Of a stretch of DNA of 64,000 nt, positions 46,455-56,487 are shown piece by piece. The position numbers were made by a program, and so were the translations under genes. The DNA is taken from contig CAWBPL010000002.1 in the NCBI GenBank assembly GCA_963790805.1, positions 512,696 through 576,695 on the forward strand, written 5' to 3'. Numbering within the stretch: position 1 is the first letter of the stretch; each line of letters opens with the position of its first letter. The stretch comes from Candidatus Gottesmanbacteria bacterium (lineage in GTDB: Bacteria > Patescibacteriota > Microgenomatia > UBA10105 > UBA927). The notes below the pieces were generated by a model. The model was not told where the DNA came from. It did not search any database and was given only the letters and a program-made list of their open reading frames with translations.

Positions 46455-46838
46455 TTAAGCCGTGTCCATAATCACTTTTCCGCCGTTTTCGATACTCGGA
46501 GCCCGTATCACGATGACATCAGTTTCAGGAGCAGTTACGAAGTTCGCCATAACCGTTTCCGGCCAGAGAATGTAAAAATCGCCGGCATGGGCAACAATAT
46601 GGTTTCCGTTTATCGAACAGGTTATCGATCCTTTAATCACGATATTTATTTCAACAGAATCGCGGTGATAATGAGACGGGTCTGGCGGTTTTGGGGCAGG
46701 GTAATGCTGCCATGAGACATCAACGAGATCGGATGTAAGAAGCTCGTTCTCCATGAAGTGCCCGAAAAACCATCCCTTGCCGCGGGCGATATCGTCAACA
46801 CTCCCGACAATATATTTTCCTTTGTTCTTATTCATCAC
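46455..46838 (-). CDS. Cupin-domain protein (127 aa)
   Basis: HYHRDSVEINIVIKG...AGDFY cupin motifs. Confidence 0.7.
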   Translation of the reverse strand: MMNKNKGKYIVGSVDDIARGKGWFFGHFMENELLTSDLVDVSWQHYPAPKPPDPSHYHRDSVEINIVIKGSITCSINGNHIVAHAGDFYILWPETVMANFVTAPETDVIVIRAPSIENGGKVIMDTA

Positions 46839-46954
46839 CCGCTTATTATAGCAGGATGAATTTCATGTATTAAAAACCTTTGTATCGCTTCATCCATGAT
46901 CATCGGATCACTGGTTGCACTTTCTTGTTATAATGGGGCACAAGAACTTATTCT

Positions 46955-49426
46955 ATGAAACGAGCGATTGTTGTTTTTGCCATCTTTGTTGCAATCTGCG
47001 TATTCTTTTTCCGTCCGTATTTTTTCTCGCATAAACTTTTATTTCCGACAAACTTGCTTATCGGTTTTTACGCACCATGGAACACGATGAAGTTTCCTGG
47101 TTGGGAAGGGGGAGTTCCGTTTAAAGGATTGGGACACGATAACCTTAATATCTTTTATCCCATGAAACTGCTTTTACGGAAATCAGTACGCGAGCATAGT
47201 TTCCCTTTCTGGACACCGTACAATTTTGCCGGTGCCCCGCTTTTCGGCGACGGACAGTCCGCCGTCATGTATCCGTTGACATTATTGTATGTATTAATTC
47301 CCTCTCTTGCCGATGCGTTTTCAGTCATGGTACTTCTCATACCGTTTCTGACTATGCTTTTCACCTACGGCATGCTCCGCCATTTTAGGCTAAGCCGGAT
47401 TGCCGCCATGTTTGGCGCCGTTGCATTTGCGTTTTGCGGATTCATGTCGGTGTGGATGGAGGAAAATCCGGCGGTATCCCAAAGCGCCATCTGGCTTCCA
47501 CTTCTTGTCTGGCTTATCGATCTTGTTATTACAACGCCCAAGCGCAGGTGGTTTATCCTCTTCGCCATCGTGACGGCTGTTATGATGGCATCGGGATTTT
47601 TACAGATTTGTCTGTACGAGCTTCTTTTTCTTGCTGCGTACGGGATATTCCGGATCGCAACATTGCCCATTTCTACAAAGAAAAAATGGCAACGGTTGGG
47701 AGTCGTTGTACTTTCGGGAGTCATCGGTCTTCTTCTTGTTGCTCCCTATCTTACAACGACGTGGGAAAGTTATAAATTGTCGCCACGCGATTTTGTCAAC
47801 GTTCCTGAAATCCGTTCGATATTCTTAGTGCAATGGTCGCATATCATTTCGCTTTTTAATCCAGACTGGCTCGGAAATCCCGGTTCATACAATTTTTTGG
47901 GGGTAGGGAGTTATTATGACAAGGCCCTCTTTATCGGCGTCATCCCGCTGGTATTTGCTCTTATCGGGCTCTTTTCCAAAAAAACCACGTGGGAAAAATT
48001 TTTCTGGTGGGTGGCAGCGGGTACGCTACTTCTCGGGTTTTCATCGCCGTTTACCCAGTGGTTGTTCGGACTTCCGATACCGATTCTTACGTCCATGCTG
48101 CCGAGCCGCATTTTTTATCTCTCATCGTTTGCGCTTGTCATTCTTGCGGCCGCTGTATTTGATAAGCTCCGAAGCGACGCTTGGTATAAAGAGCTGCCGA
48201 AGATTATCCGTCCCGTTGCGGCAATTTACTTGCTCATCATCATTATTCTGGAAGCCTTTCTTCTCGTCGTGATGACTGAATATAACCTTACCGGATGGAC
48301 GGCCGGTTATTGGGCCCACATGGTGCGGATTCTCATTGTGTCTGATATGAAATTAACGTTTGAGATTCCGAGTATTCTTCTTCGTAACGTAGCTATTTCT
48401 CTTATCCTAACAAGCGGAACACTGGTGATTCTTTTTGTTGCATATCGCATGAAAAATCTGCGGTTTTGGGTGCCGTTTGTTCTTTTTCTTCTGACTATTC
48501 CTTCAGCATGGTATTTTTCCAGCAAAAGTTATTACTTCGGTGAACGGCTGTTTCTCTATCCGCAGGAAGAGATGATTACCAAACTTCAACAAATAGCAGG
48601 CTTAAATCGCATAGAGTTTGCTGATGAAGGCTCCAGAATCCACGCGTCAACCAACGTGGTGTACGGACTGTATAGCCCAGAAGGGTTAAATCCGGTCTTT
48701 CCGTTTCGCTACGGACAGCTTGTTAAATCAGCCGTCAACGGCGGAATCCTTACCAACGACATTCCAAGAATCAGCGTTGACATGGATTTACGGCGCGCTT
48801 CAGTTGATGCTTCGGCAAGCGCGAGGATTTCCCGATTGTTAGCCCTTCTTGGCGTCAAATATATAACAGAGCGAAAAGATACAGGGTGGTACCCGATCGC
48901 GTTTCCAAAACACACGATCGTCTGGGAAGGCGAGCATTTCCGCATTTGGGAAAATAACTATGTTCTTCCGCGGGCGTTTGTCGCAACTCATATCGTTGTA
49001 GGTCGCAATGCGCAGGATGAATTGAATACACTGTATGATGCAAAAACCGATCTTCAAGACACGGCGATTGTCGAAGCACCGGTTACTATTTATCCATCAA
49101 AAACCGATCGACCGGGGACTTCCTCAACCGCGATAATCACGTCCTATCGGATGGATGATCTTACTATCAGCGTCAAAAGCACGCAAAGCGGCCTATTAGT
49201 GCTCTCCGATGCGTATGCACCATGTTGGCACGCGCGCGTGGATGGTAAAGAGGCGCCGATTATGCGTACTGATTTTGCATTCCGAGGTGTTCCGGTTGCC
49301 TCTGGAGATCACATCGTAAAAATGTATTACTATCCAACATCGTTTGTCATTGGTCTTTGGGGGCTTGGGGCCGGTATTCTTCTTCTTTTAGGAGGCACCA
49401 TCAGTATCCGTTTTCGGTCGTTGTAG
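46955..49426 (+). CDS. YfhO-like polytopic membrane glycosyltransferase (823 aa)
   Basis: More than 12 TM, then a soluble domain and a terminal TM. N-terminal pattern FFRPYFFSHKLLFPTNLL. Confidence 0.7.
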   Translation: MKRAIVVFAIFVAICVFFFRPYFFSHKLLFPTNLLIGFYAPWNTMKFPGWEGGVPFKGLGHDNLNIFYPMKLLLRKSVREHSFPFWTPYNFAGAPLFGDGQSAVMYPLTLLYVLIPSLADAFSVMVLLIPFLTMLFTYGMLRHFRLSRIAAMFGAVAFAFCGFMSVWMEENPAVSQSAIWLPLLVWLIDLVITTPKRRWFILFAIVTAVMMASGFLQICLYELLFLAAYGIFRIATLPISTKKKWQRLGVVVLSGVIGLLLVAPYLTTTWESYKLSPRDFVNVPEIRSIFLVQWSHIISLFNPDWLGNPGSYNFLGVGSYYDKALFIGVIPLVFALIGLFSKKTTWEKFFWWVAAGTLLLGFSSPFTQWLFGLPIPILTSMLPSRIFYLSSFALVILAAAVFDKLRSDAWYKELPKIIRPVAAIYLLIIIILEAFLLVVMTEYNLTGWTAGYWAHMVRILIVSDMKLTFEIPSILLRNVAISLILTSGTLVILFVAYRMKNLRFWVPFVLFLLTIPSAWYFSSKSYYFGERLFLYPQEEMITKLQQIAGLNRIEFADEGSRIHASTNVVYGLYSPEGLNPVFPFRYGQLVKSAVNGGILTNDIPRISVDMDLRRASVDASASARISRLLALLGVKYITERKDTGWYPIAFPKHTIVWEGEHFRIWENNYVLPRAFVATHIVVGRNAQDELNTLYDAKTDLQDTAIVEAPVTIYPSKTDRPGTSSTAIITSYRMDDLTISVKSTQSGLLVLSDAYAPCWHARVDGKEAPIMRTDFAFRGVPVASGDHIVKMYYYPTSFVIGLWGLGAGILLLLGGTISIRFRSL

Positions 49427-49486
49427 ATACCCCCATTGCATATACCGACCGCATTCATTACGATAAGAAGGTTAAGGAGGCAGATT

Positions 49487-49870
49487 ATGGCAGGATACAA
49501 AGATGATATTGAGGAATTGACACTCAAGAATACGTTTTTCCGTCATGTTCTTTTTACCGCTCCGCATTCGCAGTTAGTGCTTATGGCCCTGAAGCCCAGC
49601 GAAGAGATCGGCATGGAGGTGCATCCGGACAACGACCAGTTTTTCCGGTTTGAGAGCGGGGAGGGGAAGGTTATCATTTCCGGACAGGAGTATATGGTCA
49701 AAGACGGTGACGCGGTGATCGTACCGGCCGGAAGTTATCATAATGTTATTAATCTCTCAGGTGACAAGCCGTTAAAGCTTTATACGATTTATTCTCCGGC
49801 CCATCATCCGGACCGCACGATTCACAAAACCAAAGCGGAGGCCGAGGCCGCCGAAAAAGCAGAACACTAA
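49487..49870 (+). CDS. Cupin-domain protein (127 aa)
   Basis: SD AAGGAGG upstream of ATG 49487. GMEVHPDNDQFFRFESGEG...AGSYHNV cupin motifs. Confidence 0.75.
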   Translation: MAGYKDDIEELTLKNTFFRHVLFTAPHSQLVLMALKPSEEIGMEVHPDNDQFFRFESGEGKVIISGQEYMVKDGDAVIVPAGSYHNVINLSGDKPLKLYTIYSPAHHPDRTIHKTKAEAEAAEKAEH

Positions 49871-49897
49871 ACTACCTCAGAGGTACCATATAAATAC

Positions 49898-49927
49898 TTG
49901 CACTGTGAGTGTAAGTTGTTGTATACT
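49898..49927 (+). promoter_or_regulatory. Sigma-70-type promoter
   Basis: TTGCAC-18 nt-TATACT upstream of the 95-aa ORF / XRE pair. Confidence 0.5.
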
Positions 49928-49985
49928 CATTTTATGAGTTCAAACACCATTATCTCAACAGGAGAAGTTTTGCAAGAGGATTCCT

Positions 49986-50273
49986 ATGGTAAAAAAGAGA
50001 CAAAAGGACGTATTAGTTTCGACCGAGTTAGCCGAAGGGCTTGTGGCGGTATTAAACAGTGCCATAGCCAAGAAGCAACTCAAGGGTCGTGAGAAGCATT
50101 TGGCTTCGGCGTATGCCGAACTATTGGCGGCGAGGTTGTTGGAAAATGAAGACAAGGCAAGAATTACCATTTCGGTTCAGCTTATCGCCAACATTCTAAG
50201 AATCATTCTCATGATTTTGGTGCCTGACCCCTTGATCAGGGGATTGGTAGAATTTTTAGGAAGAATGAAATAA
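49986..50273 (+). CDS. Hypothetical protein (95 aa) with hydrophobic C-terminus
   Basis: ORF with an AGAGGA SD. No recognisable motif. Confidence 0.4.
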   Translation: MVKKRQKDVLVSTELAEGLVAVLNSAIAKKQLKGREKHLASAYAELLAARLLENEDKARITISVQLIANILRIILMILVPDPLIRGLVEFLGRMK

Positions 50274-50284
50274 GAAAGGATAGT

Positions 50285-50584
50285 ATGATTAACTGGGGTA
50301 AAACCATTAAAAAATATCGGGAAAAACTCAAGCTTACGCAGGTAGAACTCGCAACACGTGTGGCCATTACGCCGACGTATCTTTCGGCGCTGGAGCATAA
50401 CCGCAAAGAGCCCAGCTTGATGCTTATCCATGCAATAAGCCGAGCCTTCCGCGTGCCGCAGGAGATATTGTATTGGGAGGCAGTGAGCTTTCCGTCTCAC
50501 ATGAAGACTACGTATACTAAAGAAATCCGACTCGCCAAAGCACTCACCCGAACTGTGTATGACCAATTGACCCCAGTTCGCTAA
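50285..50584 (+). CDS. XRE-family helix-turn-helix regulator
   Basis: IKKYREKLKLTQVELATRVAITPTYLSALEHNRKEPS, typical of HTH_3. Confidence 0.8.
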   Translation: MINWGKTIKKYREKLKLTQVELATRVAITPTYLSALEHNRKEPSLMLIHAISRAFRVPQEILYWEAVSFPSHMKTTYTKEIRLAKALTRTVYDQLTPVR

Positions 50585-50643
50585 AGATTCCTCGAAATAC
50601 CATTTTTTATTCATCTCTTTTGATCCAATGCTATAATCGCTTC

Positions 50644-51438
50644 ATGGGTAATGTGTTTCTCTTTAAGCTTGTCCTTTCATTTTTCATCGGAAGCCTGTGG
50701 GTTATCACGGCAACAGTTTTAGCAGATCGGCTTGGACCGAAAATCGGCGGGCTTATTACCGGTCTTCCGTCGACTGCGTTATTTGGTCTTTTCTTCCTTG
50801 CGTGGACCCAGAACGCGTCAGCAGGTACGGCGGCAACGACGGTGATGCCCGTCTCGGCCGGATTTACCTGTCTTTTTATCCTGATGTACTGCTTCCTTGT
50901 GACGAGGAGTTTTTGGGCGGCGCTTCTTGCAGCACTTGCCCTCTGGATGGCTCTCGCATTTGGCCTTATCCAGTTGCATCTCCAAAGCTTCTTGGTATCG
51001 CTGATCGGATATATCGTGTTATTTTTGATCTCCCTCTACTTTCTTGAAAACAAACTGAAAATCCGCTCGATTACGGGTAAGAAGTTAAATTATACGCCGA
51101 CGCAGATTGTCGGGCGGGGACTGGTGAGCGGGTCGATTGTAGCCCTTGCGGTGTATCTGGGGAAAATCGGAGGGCCCACGATGGGCGGCATGTTTTCGAT
51201 GTTTCCCGCGACGTTTATCAGTACGATACTTATTACATATTTTACCCAAGGAGGACGGTTTTCCGCAGCTATTATGAAAAGTTCTATGGTGAGCGCTATA
51301 ACGACGGTCATTTATGCGATTACCGTGCGTTACACGTACGTGCCTTGGGGAATTGCGTGGGGAACGCTCGCTTCTATTTTTGTCTCATTCTTCAGCGGCT
51401 ACGTGATTTATCGAATCGTTATCAGGCGGTTGCAATAA
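50644..51438 (+). CDS. Polytopic membrane protein (internal duplication likely)
   Basis: About 8 TM. Start set to ATG 50644 because TGcTATAAT (50629-50637) lies inside the tracked TTG ORF. Confidence 0.6.
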   Translation: MGNVFLFKLVLSFFIGSLWVITATVLADRLGPKIGGLITGLPSTALFGLFFLAWTQNASAGTAATTVMPVSAGFTCLFILMYCFLVTRSFWAALLAALALWMALAFGLIQLHLQSFLVSLIGYIVLFLISLYFLENKLKIRSITGKKLNYTPTQIVGRGLVSGSIVALAVYLGKIGGPTMGGMFSMFPATFISTILITYFTQGGRFSAAIMKSSMVSAITTVIYAITVRYTYVPWGIAWGTLASIFVSFFSGYVIYRIVIRRLQ

Positions 51439-51467
51439 TGTTGATTTTCGAGGGTATCCTTTTACTC

Positions 51468-51496
51468 TTGAGCGCTAGGCGATAATGCGGTATAAT
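51468..51496 (+). promoter_or_regulatory. Sigma-70-type promoter of rpsA
   Basis: TTGAGC-17 nt-TATAAT. Confidence 0.65.
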
Positions 51497-51529
51497 ACCA
51501 TACATCTCAATTGAAAGGCGGTTTAATGA

Positions 51530-52732
51530 ATGGCTACAAACAAGAAATCATCGGGTGAGAAACAAATAAAGCAGGAAGCTTCTCCTGCGGTAAAGTCAGA
51601 GCCGAAAACCTCAAAAAAAATATCCCCTCGGAAAGACTCGGGGCAGGCAAAACAGCCTCAAACAATGGAAGAACTCCTTGCCATGACGGGCTATACCCTG
51701 AAAGGCATTAAAAAGGGTGACGTCGTAGAAGGAGTAGTCGGCCGCGTAACTCCCAACGAAGTGACGATTGAAATCGGCGGGAAAACCGAGGGAGTCGTTA
51801 TCGACCGCGAACTTGAAAACTATCGGGACATGCTCATGGAACTTACACCGGGCACCAAAGTGGTTGCTCAGGTGATTGTTGCGGAAAACGATCGGGGACA
51901 ATCCGTGCTTTCCCTTCGCCGGAGCATTTTTGAAAAACGATGGGAAGATTTGGCCGTCCATCAGAAAGACGGGACACCTGTTGAAGTGACGCTGAAGGAG
52001 CCGGTTCGGGGGGGAATCCTGGTTGATTATGGTGGGCTTCGTGGCTATATTCCACAATCCCAGCTTGACGGCGGACTCATGAAGCAGATCGATAAAATTA
52101 CGGGCAGGCGGATTTCTGTAAAAGTCGTCGAAGTTGACAAAGAAACCAACCGTTTAGTGTTTTCTCAGCGGGCGGTGAGTGAGGGAGCGACGCTAGCCAA
52201 GCAAAAAGAGTTGTTAGATGCCCTAACCGTCGGTGAATCGGTACAGGCCACCATTACCGGAGTCGTTCCGTTTGGCGCATTCGGGAAGCTGAAAGTCACA
52301 AAAGAGGGCGTAGAGCATGATATTGAAGGACTTATCCATATTTCGGAAATCGCGTGGGAAAAAGTTGAAGATCCCGGCCAGTATATAAAAGTCGGCGATT
52401 CCGTCAAAGTAAAGGTTATCGGCGTTGATCCTTCTACCGGCAAACTTACGTTATCCTTAAAACAGCTTCTTCCTGATCCGTGGGAGCATGTTTTGGATAT
52501 GTTTGAGAAAGACAGTCAGGTCAAAGGCACGGTATCGCGCGTTACGCCGTACGGCATTTTTATTACGCTGTCACCTGGTATTGAAGGACTTATTCATATC
52601 AGCAAAGTTTCTCCAGGTGAAGAGCCCAAAGTAGGGGATGAGATCACCTGTCTTATCGAGGATATCAAGCCCGATCAGCGCAAAATCAGCCTCTCGATGG
52701 CCCTTACTGAAAAACCGATGGGATACCGCTAA
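51530..52732 (+). CDS. rpsA: 30S ribosomal protein S1 (four S1 domains, basic N-terminal extension)
   Basis: Repeated G..V.G.V........G.F(V/I) S1 motifs. Confidence 0.85.
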   Translation: MATNKKSSGEKQIKQEASPAVKSEPKTSKKISPRKDSGQAKQPQTMEELLAMTGYTLKGIKKGDVVEGVVGRVTPNEVTIEIGGKTEGVVIDRELENYRDMLMELTPGTKVVAQVIVAENDRGQSVLSLRRSIFEKRWEDLAVHQKDGTPVEVTLKEPVRGGILVDYGGLRGYIPQSQLDGGLMKQIDKITGRRISVKVVEVDKETNRLVFSQRAVSEGATLAKQKELLDALTVGESVQATITGVVPFGAFGKLKVTKEGVEHDIEGLIHISEIAWEKVEDPGQYIKVGDSVKVKVIGVDPSTGKLTLSLKQLLPDPWEHVLDMFEKDSQVKGTVSRVTPYGIFITLSPGIEGLIHISKVSPGEEPKVGDEITCLIEDIKPDQRKISLSMALTEKPMGYR

Positions 52733-52735
52733 CTA

Positions 52736-53743
52736 TCAGGAAGACGCAGGTGGCGCTTGGTTCAATTTGTTTTTGAGTTCCTCAATTTCCTTTTTGAGCT
52801 CGGTCATTTTGAGCTCTCTGCCGACCATAAGGGCGTTCATCCTGCCCAGTTCATCTACTTTGGAATTCAATTCTTTTGTCCGTTCCTGGACTTTTTGTTC
52901 CAAGGTTTTACTGTACTCTTCAAGCGTTTTCCTTGATTTCTCCAAATCTTCGGTCATGGTATTAAACACTTCTGCGATGTCTCCAAATTCATCTTTGGAA
53001 TGTGTGTCGATCTTTACATTCAGCTCGCCTTTTTTGACCTGTTCCAGGCCATAGGAGACTTTCTTCAGTGGTTTGATGACCATGGCCTGCATAAGAACGA
53101 TCATTGCCATGATCGACCCCACAAGGGTTACCACGACGACAATCATCGAATACATTAGATACGACTGGAAAAGTGCGGTATTTTTTTGCTGGAGAAATCC
53201 AATGCGTACTTTTACTGTCGAAAACGCTTTCGTATATCCGACGATCAAACCAACTGAATCATAAAATCGCAACTGAATTTTTACGGGAGATATGTTTCCG
53301 TTCGTATCGTTTAGGAATGTCTGGAAATTATCAAGGTCAAAGGAGGTTGTTTGATTCAACACATGTTCCTGTATATCCTTCTCGATCTCGTGATGGGAAA
53401 GAAGCGACGTTATTTCGTTGTCATCGGACTCCAACAGATATTTCTTCTGGGGAATACTATAGACGATAGCATTATTATTGCCTGTATCAATTTCCCCAAT
53501 AGCCTCAATAACATCCTGCTCGGTCGCACCTGCCGCCTGTGCTTGCTCGTTTATATCGTCATAAAATAAACTTGAACTGTTTCCAAATGATTCCCGCCCG
53601 AGTTCCAGAAATTCCTCTTTAAACAACTGAATATTTTCGTGTTGACTCCTCTGTAAGGATACGACAGAGAATACCGTCAGAAATGTCGAAACCACACAAA
53701 ATCCGACTACGAGAAGACTGATAATTTTCGTGTTGATCTTCAT
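52736..53743 (-). CDS. Membrane sensor with extracytoplasmic domain, HAMP and coiled coil, no output domain
   Basis: TM1, ~170-aa ectodomain, TM2, HAMP (IKPLKKVSYGLEQVKKGELNVKI...FGDIAEVFNTM), coiled coil, end. Confidence 0.75.
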   Translation of the reverse strand: MKINTKIISLLVVGFCVVSTFLTVFSVVSLQRSQHENIQLFKEEFLELGRESFGNSSSLFYDDINEQAQAAGATEQDVIEAIGEIDTGNNNAIVYSIPQKKYLLESDDNEITSLLSHHEIEKDIQEHVLNQTTSFDLDNFQTFLNDTNGNISPVKIQLRFYDSVGLIVGYTKAFSTVKVRIGFLQQKNTALFQSYLMYSMIVVVVTLVGSIMAMIVLMQAMVIKPLKKVSYGLEQVKKGELNVKIDTHSKDEFGDIAEVFNTMTEDLEKSRKTLEEYSKTLEQKVQERTKELNSKVDELGRMNALMVGRELKMTELKKEIEELKNKLNQAPPASS

Positions 53744-53912
53744 ACGGATAAAAAATATCCCGACCGGAATCGGGATACTTTATCTCCAAATATATACCCA
53801 TCTTACTCAGGTTTATAACTTTCTTAAGTGAAAAATCTGATTAGATGGGTCTATACTCAAAAACTTAGTTACAAATCTGAGTTTTTGCGGTATAGTATCA
53901 ATTCTATTCGTT

Positions 53913-55031
53913 TTACCTAATTCCCTGTTTCGCCAAATTGGCTACAACATCCACATTAGAGTTGTCGATAAGACCTACTCCTGTATCAATAGTGAGCCCG
54001 GCAAATCTGTATTTCTTCGTGAGACACGCCTGAAGAATGGGCAGGAACCCCTGCAAGTATGGTTGTTGGTCCTGAATTAATCCTATGTATCCGCTTTGTA
54101 TCCCTGCAACCGTATTGGCAGATAAATCAAACCCACCGATGACATAATCACCGGGTTTTTTACCTAAATTTTTCAAAATCGTCGGCATAGAAGCGGTCAG
54201 CGCTCCATGATCGATAACGATAATTTTCGCGTTTGGATATTGGGAAAACGCGTCAGCAACCATTTTTTGTGCAGCCGGAGAATTCGTGTTCTGTTGCACC
54301 GCCGCCGATATGGTTATTTCGTGAACAACAAGTTTACCGCTTTTTAGGCCGTCAATCGCTCCTTTTGTCCGTTCATATCGGGCGGGGTCGGTCGCGGAAT
54401 CCACCCCGAATACAATTGCCTCCGTGCCGGCTTTGGGCTGATATTTCCGGACGATTCCGCTACTTACCAGAACTCCGGAATTATACAAATCCTGCCCGAC
54501 ATAGCCAAAGCCCTTGCTGGTATATTGTTCGCGTACGGCGGGGATATCGACATTCTGCAGAGTAACGATAATATTTTTCCGTTCTGCTTCATCCACAAAC
54601 GAACCAAGAGCAGCAGCACCCGGATGGCCCATCATGGCGATAGCGTCCGGAGCGGTATCAATGGCACTCTTAAATTGCGTAACCATTTTATTGGAATCCC
54701 AATCTGACCAGACGTATTGAACGCGCGGACCAAGAACAGTTTCCGCATCTTTTGCTCCCTTATAGACAACGCTGGCAAAAGAATCCGTTGGGGTGCCTCC
54801 CGGGAAAAACACGATATTCACACCGGAGCAAAATTTTTGTGCACTCACATTTTGAGATGAAGAAGTTTTTTTAAATCGAGGTAAAACCCAATATGCGCAG
54901 CCACCAATACAAATACCCAGGATTACCAGTAAAATTCCCGTACTATATCCATGTTTTTTTGAGGGTGAAGAAGCATCCGAAGAGGCAGAGGAATCAGTTT
55001 GGGCAGTAACTGTAGTATTCACTACTATCAT
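53913..55031 (-). CDS. Membrane-anchored periplasmic-binding-protein (PBP1, sugar-binding type)
   Basis: N-terminal TM, then a LacI/RBP-like two-lobe pattern. No permease or ATPase adjacent. Confidence 0.75.
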   Translation of the reverse strand: MIVVNTTVTAQTDSSASSDASSPSKKHGYSTGILLVILGICIGGCAYWVLPRFKKTSSSQNVSAQKFCSGVNIVFFPGGTPTDSFASVVYKGAKDAETVLGPRVQYVWSDWDSNKMVTQFKSAIDTAPDAIAMMGHPGAAALGSFVDEAERKNIIVTLQNVDIPAVREQYTSKGFGYVGQDLYNSGVLVSSGIVRKYQPKAGTEAIVFGVDSATDPARYERTKGAIDGLKSGKLVVHEITISAAVQQNTNSPAAQKMVADAFSQYPNAKIIVIDHGALTASMPTILKNLGKKPGDYVIGGFDLSANTVAGIQSGYIGLIQDQQPYLQGFLPILQACLTKKYRFAGLTIDTGVGLIDNSNVDVVANLAKQGIR

Positions 55032-55124
55032 AGTAATAACCTACAAAATGTTTGTCAAGACATAAGTGCCTATTTTTCGTCTTGCGTGACACGTTTTGAA
55101 AGATAGTGCTAGAATAGCTCCACG

Positions 55125-56438
55125 ATGAAATTGAGATCTTCCTTCGTTTGCCAGCAATGTGGATATGAAACTCCCTCGTGGTACGGGAAGTGCCCGAATT
55201 GCGGAGAGTGGAATTCATTGGTGGAAACGGTTAAAGAGGAGGGGAAAGTATCAGGTCTTCATAGGATAACTGCGGATCCGGTGACGGGCGCAAGACCGCA
55301 GAAAGCTTTCCGATGTCCGGCATATTGAAAAAAACAGGGTCAAAAGCGGGTTTGAAGAGTTTGACCGCGTGTCGGGGGGGGCATCGTGCAGGGATCGGTT
55401 ACGCTTTTGGCCGGTGACCCGGGAATCGGTAAATCAACATTATTACTTCACGTGCTCGGCAAAACAGGTGGACTTTATGTTTCAGGTGAGGAATCAGCCG
55501 AGCAGATCAAGCTTCGCGCAAAACGGCTGGGAATAGCGGGTTTAAATATCATAGTATTACCCGAGACCAATGCGGAAGCAATATTGCCGCGGCGATCGAG
55601 AAAGGTACAACCCTGCCACTGGTCATCATTGATTCCATTCAAACGATTTCTTCTTGGGATTTAGAAGGAATGGCGGGGTCGGTAGGCCAAATCCGGCATA
55701 GCGCCGAAATGCTGGTGGCCGCCGCCAAATCAACCGGCGTGCCGGTCATGATCATTGGCCACGTAACCAAAGAAGGGATCGATTGCGGGGCCAAAGTATT
55801 GGAACATATGGTCGATACGGTCCTGTATTTGGAAGGGGAACGGTTTGCTAATGCCAGCATTCTGCGAACGCTCAAAAACCGGTTCGGTGCCATCGAGGAG
55901 GTCGGAATTTTTGAAATGAGTGGATATGGACTGAAGGAGATAGACAATCCCTCTGAGCTATTTTTCAAGATCGAGTAAAAAATGTTGCAGGCAGTGTCGT
56001 CACGGTTATCATGGAAGGAACACGTCCGATGCTCGTGGAAATACAAGCACTCACCGTATCCTCAGTCAACTTGCGATGCCGCGGCGTATCGGAAACGGCG
56101 TTAATTATAACAGGTTGCAGCTTCTTATTGCCATTTTGCAGAAACGCCTGAATGTGCCGCTTGGAAATTTTGATGTTTTCGTCAACGTCAGCGGGGGAAT
56201 TAAGATCGAAGAACCTGCGGCGGATTTGGCAATCGCCATCGCGATCCTTTCTTCATTTAAAAACAAACCAGTTGATCCTAAAACCGCCGTATTTGGTGAA
56301 CTCGGGTTATTGGGTGAAGTCCGATCGATCGGTTCTGATGAGCGCCGGACTAAAGAAGCCCGACGATTAGGGTTTACCACAATCATTTCTCCAAAAACCA
56401 TACGGAACCTCAAACAGGCTGCCGATACACTGGCATAA
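55125..56438 (+). pseudogene. radA: radA/sms disrupted by five single-base frameshifts
   Basis: Zn finger CQQCGYETPSWYGKCPNCGEW, Walker [29 protein letters not shown] and the Lon-like C-terminus are all present. They are spread over frames 0,1,0,2,1,0. Confidence 0.85.
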
Positions 56439-56487
56439 CACGTTGGCCTTCATCTCGCCAGATCGCATTCTGTAGTGTACAATACAT

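Noticed and set aside
46395-46715. 106-aa ORF antisense to the cupin gene 46455-46838
   Set aside because: It lies entirely within a better-supported gene on the opposite strand, and its composition is poor.
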